This document shows positions 11,855 to 21,500 of a DNA stretch of 64,000 bases, one piece after another. This stretch comes from Candidatus Rokubacteria bacterium 13_1_40CM_69_27 (lineage in GTDB: Bacteria > Methylomirabilota > Methylomirabilia > Rokubacteriales > CSP1-6). The position numbers and the translations under genes are program-made. The stretch spans positions 13,815 through 77,814 of the forward strand of contig MNEF01000029.1 in the NCBI GenBank assembly GCA_001917535.1, in the 5' to 3' direction. The notes beneath the pieces are model-generated. The model was not told the origin of the DNA. It saw only the letters and a list, made by a program, of their open reading frames with translations, and did not search any database. How positions within the stretch are numbered: position 1 is the stretch's first letter; each line of letters begins with the position of its first letter.

Positions 11855-12741
11855 GCGATGGCCCCGCGGAGGCGCTGGGCGCCCGGCAGGCGCGCGGCCG
11901 TCCAGCACGCGAGCGCGATCGCGAGCTTGCGGCGCCGGGGGACGGTGATCCGCTCGTCGAAGACCCGGAACTGGCGCGCCTCGATCTGGCCGAGCAACGC
12001 GTAGTAAATGCGCCCCATGATCTCGGCGGCGACCAGGGAGCGGGCGTCGGCGGGAGGAAAGGCGGTGCGGGCCCGGCGAAAGAAGGCATGGGCCCGGCCG
12101 GCCTGCCGCTCCATCAGGCCGACGAAGGCGGGGGTGTAGCGGCCGGCGCCCAGATCGTCCACGGTGACGCCGAACGCGCGCAGGTCCGCCTGGGGCAGAT
12201 AGACACGCCCGGCGCGGGCGTCGGCGCCCACGTCTCTCAGAATATTGGTGAGCTGCAGCGCGATCCCGAGGTTCACCGCGTACTCCCGCGCGCGCGGGTC
12301 CCTGTAGCCGAAGATCTCGATGGCGGCCAGGCCCACCGCCGACGCCACCCGGTAGCAGTACGGGTAGAGCGCCTCGATCGTCTCGTAGGCGACGCCGTCG
12401 ACGTCCATCTCGACGCCGTCGATGATCGCCTCCAGCGCCTCGCGGGGGATGGCGTACCGATGAACCGCGGCGGCCAGCCGCTGAGCGATGGGGTGCTGGG
12501 GCGCGCCGCCCGGCTGGTAGCAGCGGGCCACCTCGCGCCGCCAGCATCCCAGCTCCTCCCGCAGCGTCGCCGGCTCGGCGCCCCGCTCCAGCCCCAGGTC
12601 GGCGATGTCGTCCACGGTCCGGCAGAACGCATAGACGGCGTAGAGCGCCTCCCGGCGGGGCCGGGGCAGGGTGAGGAAGGCGTAATAGAAGTTCGAGCGG
12701 CTCCGGCGCGTGAGCCGGGAAACCAGGTCGGTGGCGCTCAT
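11851..12741 (-). CDS. hpnD: Presqualene diphosphate synthase HpnD
   Basis: SNFYYAF, YAFCRTVDDIAD, YCYRVASAVG, LQLTNILRDVGAD, GRVYLP; hopanoid context. Confidence 0.9.
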   Translation of the reverse strand: MSATDLVSRLTRRSRSNFYYAFLTLPRPRREALYAVYAFCRTVDDIADLGLERGAEPATLREELGCWRREVARCYQPGGAPQHPIAQRLAAAVHRYAIPREALEAIIDGVEMDVDGVAYETIEALYPYCYRVASAVGLAAIEIFGYRDPRAREYAVNLGIALQLTNILRDVGADARAGRVYLPQADLRAFGVTVDDLGAGRYTPAFVGLMERQAGRAHAFFRRARTAFPPADARSLVAAEIMGRIYYALLGQIEARQFRVFDERITVPRRRKLAIALACWTAARLPGAQRLRGAIA

Positions 12742-13751
12742 GTCGCGGCGGCGCGCCTGGTCGCCCCTACATAGCCGTGCTCGGAAAACCACTCGACCGC
12801 GTCGGCCAGCGCCTCGCGCACGTCGGTCTGAGGCAGCCCGAGCTCCCGCACCGCCTTGGCGGGGTTGAAGAACATGCGCTTGCGCGCCATGCGCACCGCC
12901 GTCAGCGACACCTGCGGGCGGCGGCGAGTCAGGCGTGCCGCGCCCTCCAGGCCGGCGGCGGCCAGCCAGGCGACCGCATACGGGATGCGAAGCCGCGGGG
13001 GCCGGAGCCCCGCGATGTCGGCGAGCAAGCGGAAGATCTCGGCGAGCGGGAGATTGGCGTGGCCCAGGATGTATTTCTCGCCGACCCGCCCACGCTCGGC
13101 CGCCAGGAGATGACCGCGCGCGACGTCGCGCACGTGCACGACGTTGAGCCCCGTGTCGAGCGAAGCGAACATCCTGCCGCGAAGAAAGTCCACGATCATC
13201 TGCCCGGTCGGCGTCGGCTTGATATCCCAGGGGCCCACCGGCGCCGACGGATTGACGATGACCACCGGCGCGCCGGCGCGGGCTCGCTCGAGCGCCACCT
13301 GCTCGGCGAGGAACTTGGAAGCCTTATACGGGCCGATCATGTCCGTCAGCGACACGGGCGTGTCTTCGGTTCCCGGGCTGCCGTCCTTCGGGATGCCCAG
13401 CGCCCCGACCGTGGACGTGTAGACGATGCGCTTGGCCCCGGCCTCGGCGGCGGCGTCGAGGATGGCCCGCGTGCCTTCGACGTTGGTGACGTAAAGCTCT
13501 TCCGGCCGCGACGCCCACAGGCGATAGTCGGCGGCGACGTGGAGCACGGTGTGAACGCCGGCGACCGCACGGCGAAGCGAGGCGGGGTCACGCAGGTCGC
13601 CCTCGCAGATCTCGACCGCGAGCCCGGCCAGCGTGCGGCGGTCGCCCCCCGGCCGCGCCAGCACGCGGACCGTCGCGCCCTGACGCAGCAGCTCGCGCAC
13701 GACATTGGCGCCGACAAACCCGGTACCGCCTGTCACCAGCGCGTCAGGCAT
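12738..13751 (-). CDS. hpnA: Hopanoid-associated NAD-dependent epimerase/dehydratase HpnA
   Basis: TGGTGFVG, HVAADYRLW, YKASK, DIKPTPTG, DTGLNVVHV. Confidence 0.9.
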   Translation of the reverse strand: MPDALVTGGTGFVGANVVRELLRQGATVRVLARPGGDRRTLAGLAVEICEGDLRDPASLRRAVAGVHTVLHVAADYRLWASRPEELYVTNVEGTRAILDAAAEAGAKRIVYTSTVGALGIPKDGSPGTEDTPVSLTDMIGPYKASKFLAEQVALERARAGAPVVIVNPSAPVGPWDIKPTPTGQMIVDFLRGRMFASLDTGLNVVHVRDVARGHLLAAERGRVGEKYILGHANLPLAEIFRLLADIAGLRPPRLRIPYAVAWLAAAGLEGAARLTRRRPQVSLTAVRMARKRMFFNPAKAVRELGLPQTDVREALADAVEWFSEHGYVGATRRAAAT

Positions 13752-13949
13752 GAGGCTCTCGGTGCGAACGGGTGGCGGGGGAGCACTCCCCATCCGTCAG
13801 CAGCCTGTGGCACCTCGCGCGGAGGGCGGAAGAAATCACGACGGACGCCAGGGGTCGATTCGCCTCGCCCGCAACGCAAGTCGGCGACAGCGATGCCGGA
13901 TGGGGGGGGCGACCCCGACAGGACCCGTTCGCACCGAGAGCCTCATGCC
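13747..13949. mobile_element. MITE-like non-coding element bounded by a perfect 27-bp inverted repeat
   Basis: 13747-13773 GGCATGAGGCTCTCGGTGCGAACGGGT is the exact reverse complement of 13923-13949; it sits between the hpnG stop and the hpnA start. Confidence 0.65.
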
Positions 13950-14617
13950 CTGACGATCTTCCCCAGCGCGGCCGCGACGGTCTTGAGGGCGGCAGCCGTG
14001 CCGCGCCCGAGGATCACCGCGTCGGCTACCGCGCGTGGCCGTCCCAGCGCGACGCGCAGGGCCCGCCCGGCGCGGACGCCGCCGCCGGGCTCCACCAGCG
14101 CGGCGAGATCGGCGGGCACCGTCTGCTGCGCCGTGTCGGCGACGCCGCGTACGACCACGACCGGCACGCCGCGCGCGCGGGCCCACGTGACGATCGTGGC
14201 GGACTCCATGTCGACGGCGAGGGCGCCCGTCGCCACCCACAGCCTGGCCTTGGCGGCGGGGGTCTCCACGAGCTCGGCGACGGTGAGGAGCGCGCCGGCG
14301 CGGACGAGCCCGGGCCGGGGATCGGTTGCGTGCCGGGCCCCGGTGGGGGCGATCACGGTCTCGGGCACGACGAGATCACCCGCGGCCAGATCCGGCGCCA
14401 GCGCGCCACACGCGCCCGCCGACACGACGAGCGAGGGCGGCGAACCGCCGGCCACGCGTTCCTCCAGGCAGCTTCCGCGCACGCCGATGCCGGCGATCTC
14501 CAGCGCGCCCCCACGGTAATGCGGCCAGCCGGCGCCGCCCACGGGCTCCAGGCCCAGGTGCCGGGCGAGACCACGGGCTTCCACGTCGACGGCGGCGAGC
14601 ACGAGGACGTGCGTCAC
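13943..14617 (-). CDS. hpnG: Adenosylhopane nucleosidase-like phosphorylase
   Basis: VSAGACGALAPDLAAGDLVV, AVDMES, VVRGVAD (PNP/MTAN fold); next to hpnH. Confidence 0.75.
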   Translation of the reverse strand: MTHVLVLAAVDVEARGLARHLGLEPVGGAGWPHYRGGALEIAGIGVRGSCLEERVAGGSPPSLVVSAGACGALAPDLAAGDLVVPETVIAPTGARHATDPRPGLVRAGALLTVAELVETPAAKARLWVATGALAVDMESATIVTWARARGVPVVVVRGVADTAQQTVPADLAALVEPGGGVRAGRALRVALGRPRAVADAVILGRGTAAALKTVAAALGKIVRA

Positions 14618-14946
14618 GCCGGCGGTGCGGACTCTTCGGCCTGGGTCTTGCGACGGAGCCAGGCCTCGTACGACTTTCCGGCCGCCGTGTCCCTGCCCGT
14701 GAACCGGACCGTGCGGACCTCGGCGTAACGGAAGGTGTGCGAGGCGCCGGTGGGGTCGAACAACTGCAAGAACGGCTCGGGCACGTCGCGGTTGCGGTTG
14801 TAGACGTACCCGATCACCTCGGTGCCGTCACTCCGGACGATCGTGACGTCCCCGCGATAATCGAAGGCGAGGTCGACCACCTCGTGGAGGGTGACACCGC
14901 CGCCGATCGTCGGCGACCAGCCCTCCAGAGACCTCTCGACCATCAT
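14614..14946 (-). CDS. Hypothetical protein in the hpn operon
   Basis: 110 aa, coupled to hpnG, normal codon usage, LAFDYRGDVTI...FTGRDTAAGKSYEAW. Confidence 0.7.
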   Translation of the reverse strand: MMVERSLEGWSPTIGGGVTLHEVVDLAFDYRGDVTIVRSDGTEVIGYVYNRNRDVPEPFLQLFDPTGASHTFRYAEVRTVRFTGRDTAAGKSYEAWLRRKTQAEESAPPA

Positions 14947-14962
14947 CAGCTCGTCTCGGACG

Positions 14963-15985
14963 TCAGAGCCGGCCAGTGACGGTGGTGACGACGGCGTCCC
15001 TGAAGCCGCGCCAGGAACTGAAGGTGTGATCCACCGCGGTGGCCTCGTACCCGCAGTGGACCATGCAGTCGCGGCACTTCGGATTGCCGCTCTTGCGGCC
15101 GTACTGCTCCCACGTCGTCGTCTCCATCAGTTCCTGGAACGTCGACGCGTACCCCTCCTGCAGCAGATAGCAGGGGCGCTGCCAGCCGAAGAGGTTGTAG
15201 GTCGGATTGCCCCAGGGCGTGCATTCGAAGTCCTGCTTGCCCATGAGGAACTGGAGGAAGAGGGGCGACTGGTTGAACCGCCACCGTCGCTTGGCCCGGG
15301 CGAGCATGGTCGAGAACAGCTCGTGGGTTCGCTGGCGCCGCAGGAAGTGCTCCTGGTCCGGCGCCTTCGAGTAGCTGTAGCCGGGGGAGATCATCATCCC
15401 CTCGACGCCGAGGTCCATCATCTCGTCGAAGAACTGGCGTATGCGGAGCGGGTCGGCGCCCTCGAAGAGGGTCGTGTTGGTGGTGACGCGGAAGCCCCGC
15501 CGGAGCGCCTCCTTGATCCCCTCCACCGCCTCGTCGTACACGCCTTCGCGGCAGACGGCCTCGTCGTGCTCCTGACGGGGGCCGTCCATGTGGATGCTGA
15601 AGGAGAGGTACGTCGAGGGCTCGAACGTCCCCTCTTCCAGCTTCTGCTTGAGCAGGATCGCGTTGGTACAGAGGTAGATGTACTTCTTCCGGGCGACCAG
15701 CTCCTTCACAAGCTGGCCGATCTCCGGGTACATCAGCGGCTCCCCCCCGGGGATGCTGACCATCGGCGCGCCGCACTCCTCCACCGCCCGCAGGCACTGC
15801 TCCACCGTGAGGTGCCGCTTCAGGATGTGGGCGGGGTACTGGATCTTGCCGCAGCCGGCGCAGGCCAGGTTGCACCGGAACAGCGGCTCCAGCATGAGGA
15901 CGAGGGGATAACGCGCTCGCCCCTTGAGCTTCTGCCCGAGCACGTACGTCGCCACGGTCCACATCTGCGACAGCGGAACACTCAT
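14963..15985 (-). CDS. hpnH: Adenosyl-hopene transferase HpnH (radical SAM)
   Basis: PLVLMLEPLFRCNLACAGCGKIQYP, CTPWGNPT, C-terminal CRDCMVHCGYE. Confidence 0.95.
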   Translation of the reverse strand: MSVPLSQMWTVATYVLGQKLKGRARYPLVLMLEPLFRCNLACAGCGKIQYPAHILKRHLTVEQCLRAVEECGAPMVSIPGGEPLMYPEIGQLVKELVARKKYIYLCTNAILLKQKLEEGTFEPSTYLSFSIHMDGPRQEHDEAVCREGVYDEAVEGIKEALRRGFRVTTNTTLFEGADPLRIRQFFDEMMDLGVEGMMISPGYSYSKAPDQEHFLRRQRTHELFSTMLARAKRRWRFNQSPLFLQFLMGKQDFECTPWGNPTYNLFGWQRPCYLLQEGYASTFQELMETTTWEQYGRKSGNPKCRDCMVHCGYEATAVDHTFSSWRGFRDAVVTTVTGRL

Positions 15986-16731
15986 GCGCTCTCAACCCCC
16001 CTCGTTCCGAAACCGCCGCCCCTCTCCGCGCTCAGACGCAGCACGCGGAGAGAGACCGCGCTGAGCGCGTGGAGCGCGAGACCCACCCCCAAGAGCGGCC
16101 ACTCGCCGATCCACGCCGTCACGGCCAAATTGAACCCGAGCACCGCGTAGTATAACGCGACGCCGGCCCCGAGGCGGCGGTCTCCGGGGGCTGGGCCCGC
16201 TCCCCCCGCGAGCAGATAGGCGCCCACGCCGATCACCCCCACCAGCCACCAGCCGGCGAAGTTCGACAGCGGGACACCGAAGTACACGCCGCCCTCCGGA
16301 TAGTAGAAGACCCGCCCCAGGAACCAGCGGTCGCCGCGGACGGCGAGGGGGTCGATCACCACGTCCAGAAGCATCATCAGGAAGCCCGTGCACCCCGCCA
16401 GGGCCAGGCGGGACACCCGCCGACCGGCCAGGGCCGCGCGGGCCAGGCAGAACGCCGCGTAGGCCAGGAACGTGAACGACAGCGAGTCCATGAACGGCAC
16501 GTTGGCGATGTAGAGCTCCTGCCCTCGCGTGGTGCCGGTATAGTGGTAGAGCCCGAACGGCACGCCCACGCGCGTCGAGGAGAACTCGGCGAGCCACGCC
16601 ACCGGCCAGACCCCGGTCGCGAAGAGCAGCGTGCGGCGCCACCCGAGGTCGGCCGCGCCGGCGGCCAGAAACGCCGCCAGGAAGCCGAAGACGTAGGGGC
16701 GCAGCACGATCGTGCCGAAGAGCAGTTCCAT
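15982..16731 (-). CDS. Carotenoid-biosynthesis (CruF/DUF422-like) membrane protein
   Basis: AEFSSTRVGVPFGLYHY, LDVVIDPLA, YFGVPLSNFAGW. Confidence 0.75.
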   Translation of the reverse strand: MELLFGTIVLRPYVFGFLAAFLAAGAADLGWRRTLLFATGVWPVAWLAEFSSTRVGVPFGLYHYTGTTRGQELYIANVPFMDSLSFTFLAYAAFCLARAALAGRRVSRLALAGCTGFLMMLLDVVIDPLAVRGDRWFLGRVFYYPEGGVYFGVPLSNFAGWWLVGVIGVGAYLLAGGAGPAPGDRRLGAGVALYYAVLGFNLAVTAWIGEWPLLGVGLALHALSAVSLRVLRLSAERGGGFGTRGVESA

Positions 16732-16771
16732 GGGTTTTCCGCGGCGAATCCGCATGTTACCATCTGCGATC

Positions 16772-18676
16772 GTGACAGGGCTCTCCGAAGCCATCTCCCG
16801 CGCTCAGGTCCACCTCCTCTCCCGCCAAGCCGCCGATGGCTACTGGGTCGGCGAGCTGGAAGCCGACACGACGATCACGTCCGAGTACCTGCTGCTCTGT
16901 CATCTCATCGACCGGGTGAATCGCGAGCGGGAACTCAAGGCGGTGCGGTATCTGAGGTCGCGGCAGCTCCCCGACGGCGGCTTCAATCTCTTCGAGGGGG
17001 GGCCAACCAATCTGTCGGCCACGATCAAAGCGTACTTCGCCATGAAGATGGCGAGCGTGGCGGTCGACGATCCGGCCATGGTCCGGGCCCGAGAGCGCAT
17101 CCGCGCCATGGGCGGCCCGGCCCGGGCCAACGTCTTCACCAAGATCCAGCTGGCGCTCTTCGGCGAGTACGACTGGAACGGCGTGCCGGCGATGCCGGTG
17201 GAGATCATGCTGCTGCCGCCGCCGTTCTTCCTGTTCAACATCTACGAGGTCTCGTACTGGTCACGGACCGTGATCGTGCCGCTGCTCATCATCATGGACC
17301 GCAAGCCGGTGAAGTGGCTGCCGCCCCACCTCTCCCTCGACGAGCTGTGGCCGGTGCCGCGCGAGCAGACCAGCCTGCGCTTTCCCCGCCTGCCCGAGCC
17401 GTTCTCGTGGCGCGCGCTGTTCTGGAAGAACTTCTTCATCGCCGTGGACGACGGCCTCAAGATCTGGGAGCGCTTCTCGCCCCGGCCCCTGCGCAAGCGC
17501 GCGGTGGAGGCGGCGCGGCTGTGGCTGGAGGAGCGGCTGGCCGTGCCCGGCGGGCTGGGCGGGATCTACCCGGCGATGGCGTACGCGGTGGTGGCCCTGA
17601 GGCTGCTCGGCTATCCCGACGACCATCCGCTGATCCGCGGCCAGCTCAAGGAGATCGAGGCGCTGGCGCGCGAGGATGCCGACCAGATCCACTACCAGCC
17701 CTGCCTGTCGCCGGTGTGGGACACGGCGCTGGCCATCAACGCGCTCATCGAGAGCGACCTCGAGCCCGACCATCCGGCGCTCCGACGCGCGGGCGAGTGG
17801 CTGCTCGACGGTCAGGTGCTGGTGTCCGGCGACTGGCAGGTGAAGCGGCCCTACGTGCAGCCGGGGGGCTGGGTCTTCCAGTACGCGAACGACTACTACC
17901 CGGACCTGGACGACACCGCCATGGTGCTCATGGCGCTCGAGAAGCTCCGCGGTCTCGATCCCGATCGTGTGCAATCGGCTCAGGAGCGCGGCCTGGGCTG
18001 GCTCCTCGGCATGCAGGCCACCGACGGCGGCTGGGCCTCGTTCGACACCGACCAGAAGCGGCTCTACCTCAACAACATCCCATTCGCCGACCACGGCGCC
18101 CTGCTCGATCCCTCGACCGAGGACCTGACCGGCCGCGGGCTGGAGCTGCTCGGGACCTGCGGCTACCGAGCGGATTTCGAGCCGGCCCGGCGCGGGCTCC
18201 AGTTTCTCCGGCACACGCAGCGCCACGACGGCCCGTGGTTCGGCCGCTGGGGCGTAAACTACGTCTACGGCACCTGGTCGGTGCTGCGGGGACTGCGCGC
18301 GATCGGCGAGGACCCCCAGCAGGAGTACGTGCAGCGGGCGGTGCGCTGGTTGGAGCGCCACCAGAACCCGGACGGCGGCTGGGGCGAGACCTGCGAGAGC
18401 TACGACCGGCCGGAGCTGGCCGGCAAGGGCGACTCGATCCCGAGCCAAACCGCCTGGGCCTTGCTGGGGCTCCTGGCGGCCGGCTCCACCAACCGGCGCG
18501 TCATCGACGCCGGCATCGGTTATCTCTTACAGACACAGCGTGCGGACGGCTCCTGGGAAGACTCGCGGTGGAACGGGACGGGCTTTCCCCGCGTCTTCAT
18601 GCTCAAGTACCACCTCTACGCCGCGTACTTTCCCCTCTGGGCGCTCGGGGTCTACCGCCGAACCCTCGATGGCTGA
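16772..18676 (+). CDS. shc: Squalene-hopene cyclase
   Basis: YYPDLDDTA (DxDD), QW repeats, SPVWDTA, GRWGVNYVYGT, GTGFPRVF; start 16772 (GTG) or 16754 (ATG). Confidence 0.97.
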   Translation: MTGLSEAISRAQVHLLSRQAADGYWVGELEADTTITSEYLLLCHLIDRVNRERELKAVRYLRSRQLPDGGFNLFEGGPTNLSATIKAYFAMKMASVAVDDPAMVRARERIRAMGGPARANVFTKIQLALFGEYDWNGVPAMPVEIMLLPPPFFLFNIYEVSYWSRTVIVPLLIIMDRKPVKWLPPHLSLDELWPVPREQTSLRFPRLPEPFSWRALFWKNFFIAVDDGLKIWERFSPRPLRKRAVEAARLWLEERLAVPGGLGGIYPAMAYAVVALRLLGYPDDHPLIRGQLKEIEALAREDADQIHYQPCLSPVWDTALAINALIESDLEPDHPALRRAGEWLLDGQVLVSGDWQVKRPYVQPGGWVFQYANDYYPDLDDTAMVLMALEKLRGLDPDRVQSAQERGLGWLLGMQATDGGWASFDTDQKRLYLNNIPFADHGALLDPSTEDLTGRGLELLGTCGYRADFEPARRGLQFLRHTQRHDGPWFGRWGVNYVYGTWSVLRGLRAIGEDPQQEYVQRAVRWLERHQNPDGGWGETCESYDRPELAGKGDSIPSQTAWALLGLLAAGSTNRRVIDAGIGYLLQTQRADGSWEDSRWNGTGFPRVFMLKYHLYAAYFPLWALGVYRRTLDG

Positions 18677-19463
18677 CGCACCGACCTGGGCCGTCCTCCG
18701 TCCGTTCGAGCTGCTGGGCGAACGGGTGCTCGGCCTGCTCGAATCGCTGGGGCGTTTCGGCTCGTTCTTCGCGCGCGCCGTCCTCTCCATGGTCACGCCG
18801 CCGTTCAAGGTCCGCGCCTTCGTCGACCGCATCGACTACATCGGGTATCGCTCGCTGGTCATCATCGTTCTGACGGGCGCGTTCACCGGGATGGTGCTCG
18901 GCCTCCAGCTCTTCCTGACCCTCTCCCGGTTCGGCTCGGAGGCCTTCCTGGGCCCGGCGGTGGCGCTGGGGCTCATCCGGGAGTTGGGGCCGGTGCTGGC
19001 CGCGCTCATGGTGACCGGCCGGGCCGGCTCGGCGCTCACCGCCGAGATCGGGATCATGCGGATCACCGAGCAGATCGACGCGCTCACGGTGATGGCCCTG
19101 AGCCCGTTCCGCTACCTGGTGACGCCGTCGATCCTGGCCGGCGTCGTCACCTTCCCCCTCATGACCGCGCTCTTCGACGTGGTGGGGATCTTCGGCGGCT
19201 ACCTGGTGGGGGTGAAGCTTCTGGGGCTGTCGGAGGGCACCTACTTCGGCGAGATGCAGACGTTCGTCCACCTGGACGACATCTTGACCGGCTTCTGGAA
19301 GTCGCTGTCCTTCGGCGTGCTCGTCACCTGGGTCTGCACCTACAAGGGCTACTACGTCGGCCACGGCGCCGAGGGCGTGGCGCGGGCGACAACGCAGGCG
19401 GTGGTGCTGTCGTCCGTGCTCATTCTGCTCTGGGACTACTTCCTGGGCTCGGTACTGCGGTGA
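18669..19463 (+). CDS. mlaE: MlaE-family ABC permease
   Basis: RELGPVLAALMVTGRAGSALTAEIGIMRITEQIDAL, GAEGVARATTQAVV. Confidence 0.92.
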   Translation: MADAPTWAVLRPFELLGERVLGLLESLGRFGSFFARAVLSMVTPPFKVRAFVDRIDYIGYRSLVIIVLTGAFTGMVLGLQLFLTLSRFGSEAFLGPAVALGLIRELGPVLAALMVTGRAGSALTAEIGIMRITEQIDALTVMALSPFRYLVTPSILAGVVTFPLMTALFDVVGIFGGYLVGVKLLGLSEGTYFGEMQTFVHLDDILTGFWKSLSFGVLVTWVCTYKGYYVGHGAEGVARATTQAVVLSSVLILLWDYFLGSVLR

Positions 19464-19655
19464 TCGTGGTGAGTCTATGATCGTGGCCGTGCGAGCCGCA
19501 GCCGAAGGTGAGGCGAGCCTGTGATCGTGGCCGTGCGAGCCGCAGGACGGCGGCGGGCCGCTGGGCGAGCCGCCGGGCGCCCAGGGGCTGGGGCCCCTGC
19601 GCCCGAGGCGAGCGAACCTCGAGAGCCCCGCCCGTCGGAGGCGAGCCTGTGATCA
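19460..19655 (+). repeat. Intergenic direct repeats between mlaE and mlaF
   Basis: TGATCGTGGCCGTGCGAGCCGCAG at 19478 and 19522; GAGGCGAGCCTGTGATC at 19510 and 19638. Confidence 0.75.
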
Positions 19656-20404
19656 AAGTCGAGGGGCTCACCAAGTCCTTCGACGGCCAGATGGTCCTCC
19701 GGGGCTTGGAGCTGGAAGTGCGCGACGGGTCGATCACGATCATCATCGGCCGGAGCGGCGGCGGCAAATCGGTCTTTCTCAAGCATCTGCTCGGCCTCCT
19801 GCGTCCGGACGCCGGCCGCGTCCTGGTAGGCGGCGTCGACCTGACCGGCGTCTCCCGGCGCGAGATCGACCGGGTTCGCGATCGGTACGGGGTCGTCTTC
19901 CAGGGCGGCGCGCTCTTCGACTCGCTGACGTGCGCGCAGAACGTCGCCTTCCCGCTGCGCGAGAAGACCCGCCTGGGCCGCGCGGAGATCACCAAGCGCG
20001 TGGAGGTGGGGCTGGCCCAGGTGGGACTGGAGGGCGTCGGCCCCAAGTACCCGGAGGAGATCTCGGGGGGCATGCGCAAGCGCGTGGCGATCGCCCGGGC
20101 GCTCATCACGGAGCCGGAGATCGTCTTCTTCGACGAGCCGACGACCGGGCTCGATCCCATCCTCGTGAACAGCATCCACGGGCTCATCCAGGATCTCCAC
20201 CGGCGCTTCGGCTTCACCGCGGTGATGGTGAGCCACGAGATCCCCGAGATCTTCGGGATCGCCGATACGGTGGCGATGCTGCACGACGGCCGGATCGTCG
20301 AGGTCGGACCGCCGGAGGCGATCCAGGGGTCGCGGAATCCCATCGTCCAGCAGTTCATCCGCGGCCAGCCCGACGAAGGCGGAGCCTTCAAGGAGAGCGG
20401 CTGA
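19649..20404 (+). CDS. mlaF: MlaF-family ABC ATPase
   Basis: GRSGGGKS, ISGGMRKRVAIARA, FFDEPTTGLDP. Confidence 0.92.
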   Translation: MIKVEGLTKSFDGQMVLRGLELEVRDGSITIIIGRSGGGKSVFLKHLLGLLRPDAGRVLVGGVDLTGVSRREIDRVRDRYGVVFQGGALFDSLTCAQNVAFPLREKTRLGRAEITKRVEVGLAQVGLEGVGPKYPEEISGGMRKRVAIARALITEPEIVFFDEPTTGLDPILVNSIHGLIQDLHRRFGFTAVMVSHEIPEIFGIADTVAMLHDGRIVEVGPPEAIQGSRNPIVQQFIRGQPDEGGAFKESG

Positions 20405-20844
20405 TGGACCGGTCCAAGGTGAATATCGCGGTGGGGATCTTCGTCGTCCTGGGTATCTTGGCATTGGGGTACCTTTCCATTAAACTCGGCAGGGTCAGTT
20501 TCTTCACGGGTGGCGGCTATCAAGTGACGGCCGATTTCCCCTCCGTGGGAGGCTTGCGACCCGGCGCCAGCGTCGAGATCGCCGGCGTCGAGGTCGGGCG
20601 GGTCGAGTCCATCGGGTTGGCGGACTATCAGGCGCACGTCGTCCTCCGGCTCAATTCGGACGTGAAGCTGCAGGATGATGCGATCGCGTCGATCAAGACC
20701 AAGGGCCTGATCGGCGAGAAATTCATTCGCATCAGTCCCGGCGCCTCCGAGAAGCTCATCGCGCCGGGGGGCCGTATCCGCGAGATCGAGGCTCCCGTCG
20801 ACCTCGAAGAACTGATCTCCAAGTACGTGTTCGGGAAGGTGTAG
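20404..20844 (+). CDS. mlaD: MlaD (MCE-domain) lipid-binding protein
   Basis: N-terminal TM helix, GGLRPGASVEIAGVEVGRV, IKTKGLIGEKFI. Confidence 0.9.
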   Translation: MDRSKVNIAVGIFVVLGILALGYLSIKLGRVSFFTGGGYQVTADFPSVGGLRPGASVEIAGVEVGRVESIGLADYQAHVVLRLNSDVKLQDDAIASIKTKGLIGEKFIRISPGASEKLIAPGGRIREIEAPVDLEELISKYVFGKV

Positions 20845-20867
20845 TCGCAGGAACGGGAGGTCCGCCA

Positions 20868-21500
20868 ATGACGTCGTTACAGCGTGGCTTCGCGCTCGTG
20901 GTCGCCCTGGTCCTGGCCGCGGTGGTCGGCCCGGCGCCCGCGGCCGCCGCCGGTCCGACCGACCAGCTGCGCGCCCAGATCGACAAGGTCGTGAAGACGC
21001 TCGAGGACCCCGCGTTCAACAAGGAAGGCCAGGCCAAGGAACGCCGGGTGGCGGTGCGCAAGATCGCGGAGGAGATCTTCGACTTCGGCGAGACCGCCAA
21101 GCGCTCGCTGGCGCGCCACTGGCTGGCGCGCACGCCGGCCGAGCGCGAGGAATTCGTCGCGCTGTTCGCCGATCTCCTGGAGCGCTCGTACATCTCGAAG
21201 GTCGAGCTGTTCAACGGCGAGCGGATCACCTACACCGGGGAGACCATCGACGGCGACCAGGCCGTCGTGAAGACCAAGATCATCACCAAGCAGGGGACCG
21301 AGATCCCCGTCGACTACCGCCTGCTGCGAAGGGGCGAGCGCTGGCTCGTCTACGACGTGATCATCGAGGGCGTGAGCCTGGTCGCCAACTACCGGACGCA
21401 GTTCAACAAGATCATCCAGACCTCGTCCTATCAGGAGCTGGTCAAGAAAATGAAGACCAAACAGGAAGAGTTCCTCGAGCAGGAGAAGAAGCGGACATGA
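20868..21500 (+). CDS. mlaC: MlaC/Ttg2D/HpnM periplasmic lipid carrier
   Basis: Signal peptide, IFDFGETAKRSLARHW, VYDVIIEGVSLVANYRTQF. Confidence 0.88.
   Translation: MTSLQRGFALVVALVLAAVVGPAPAAAAGPTDQLRAQIDKVVKTLEDPAFNKEGQAKERRVAVRKIAEEIFDFGETAKRSLARHWLARTPAEREEFVALFADLLERSYISKVELFNGERITYTGETIDGDQAVVKTKIITKQGTEIPVDYRLLRRGERWLVYDVIIEGVSLVANYRTQFNKIIQTSSYQELVKKMKTKQEEFLEQEKKRT

Noticed and set aside
11851..12741. Phytoene synthase / carotenoid pathway
   Set aside because: SNFYYAF N-terminus and hpnA/hpnH/shc context favour HpnD; no crtI in the window. hpnC/hpnE may lie elsewhere, so their absence is not claimed as a finding
19478..19545. Two 24-nt direct repeats as a mini-CRISPR
   Set aside because: Only two units, with a 20-nt spacer that itself recurs at the mlaF start; no leader or cas genes
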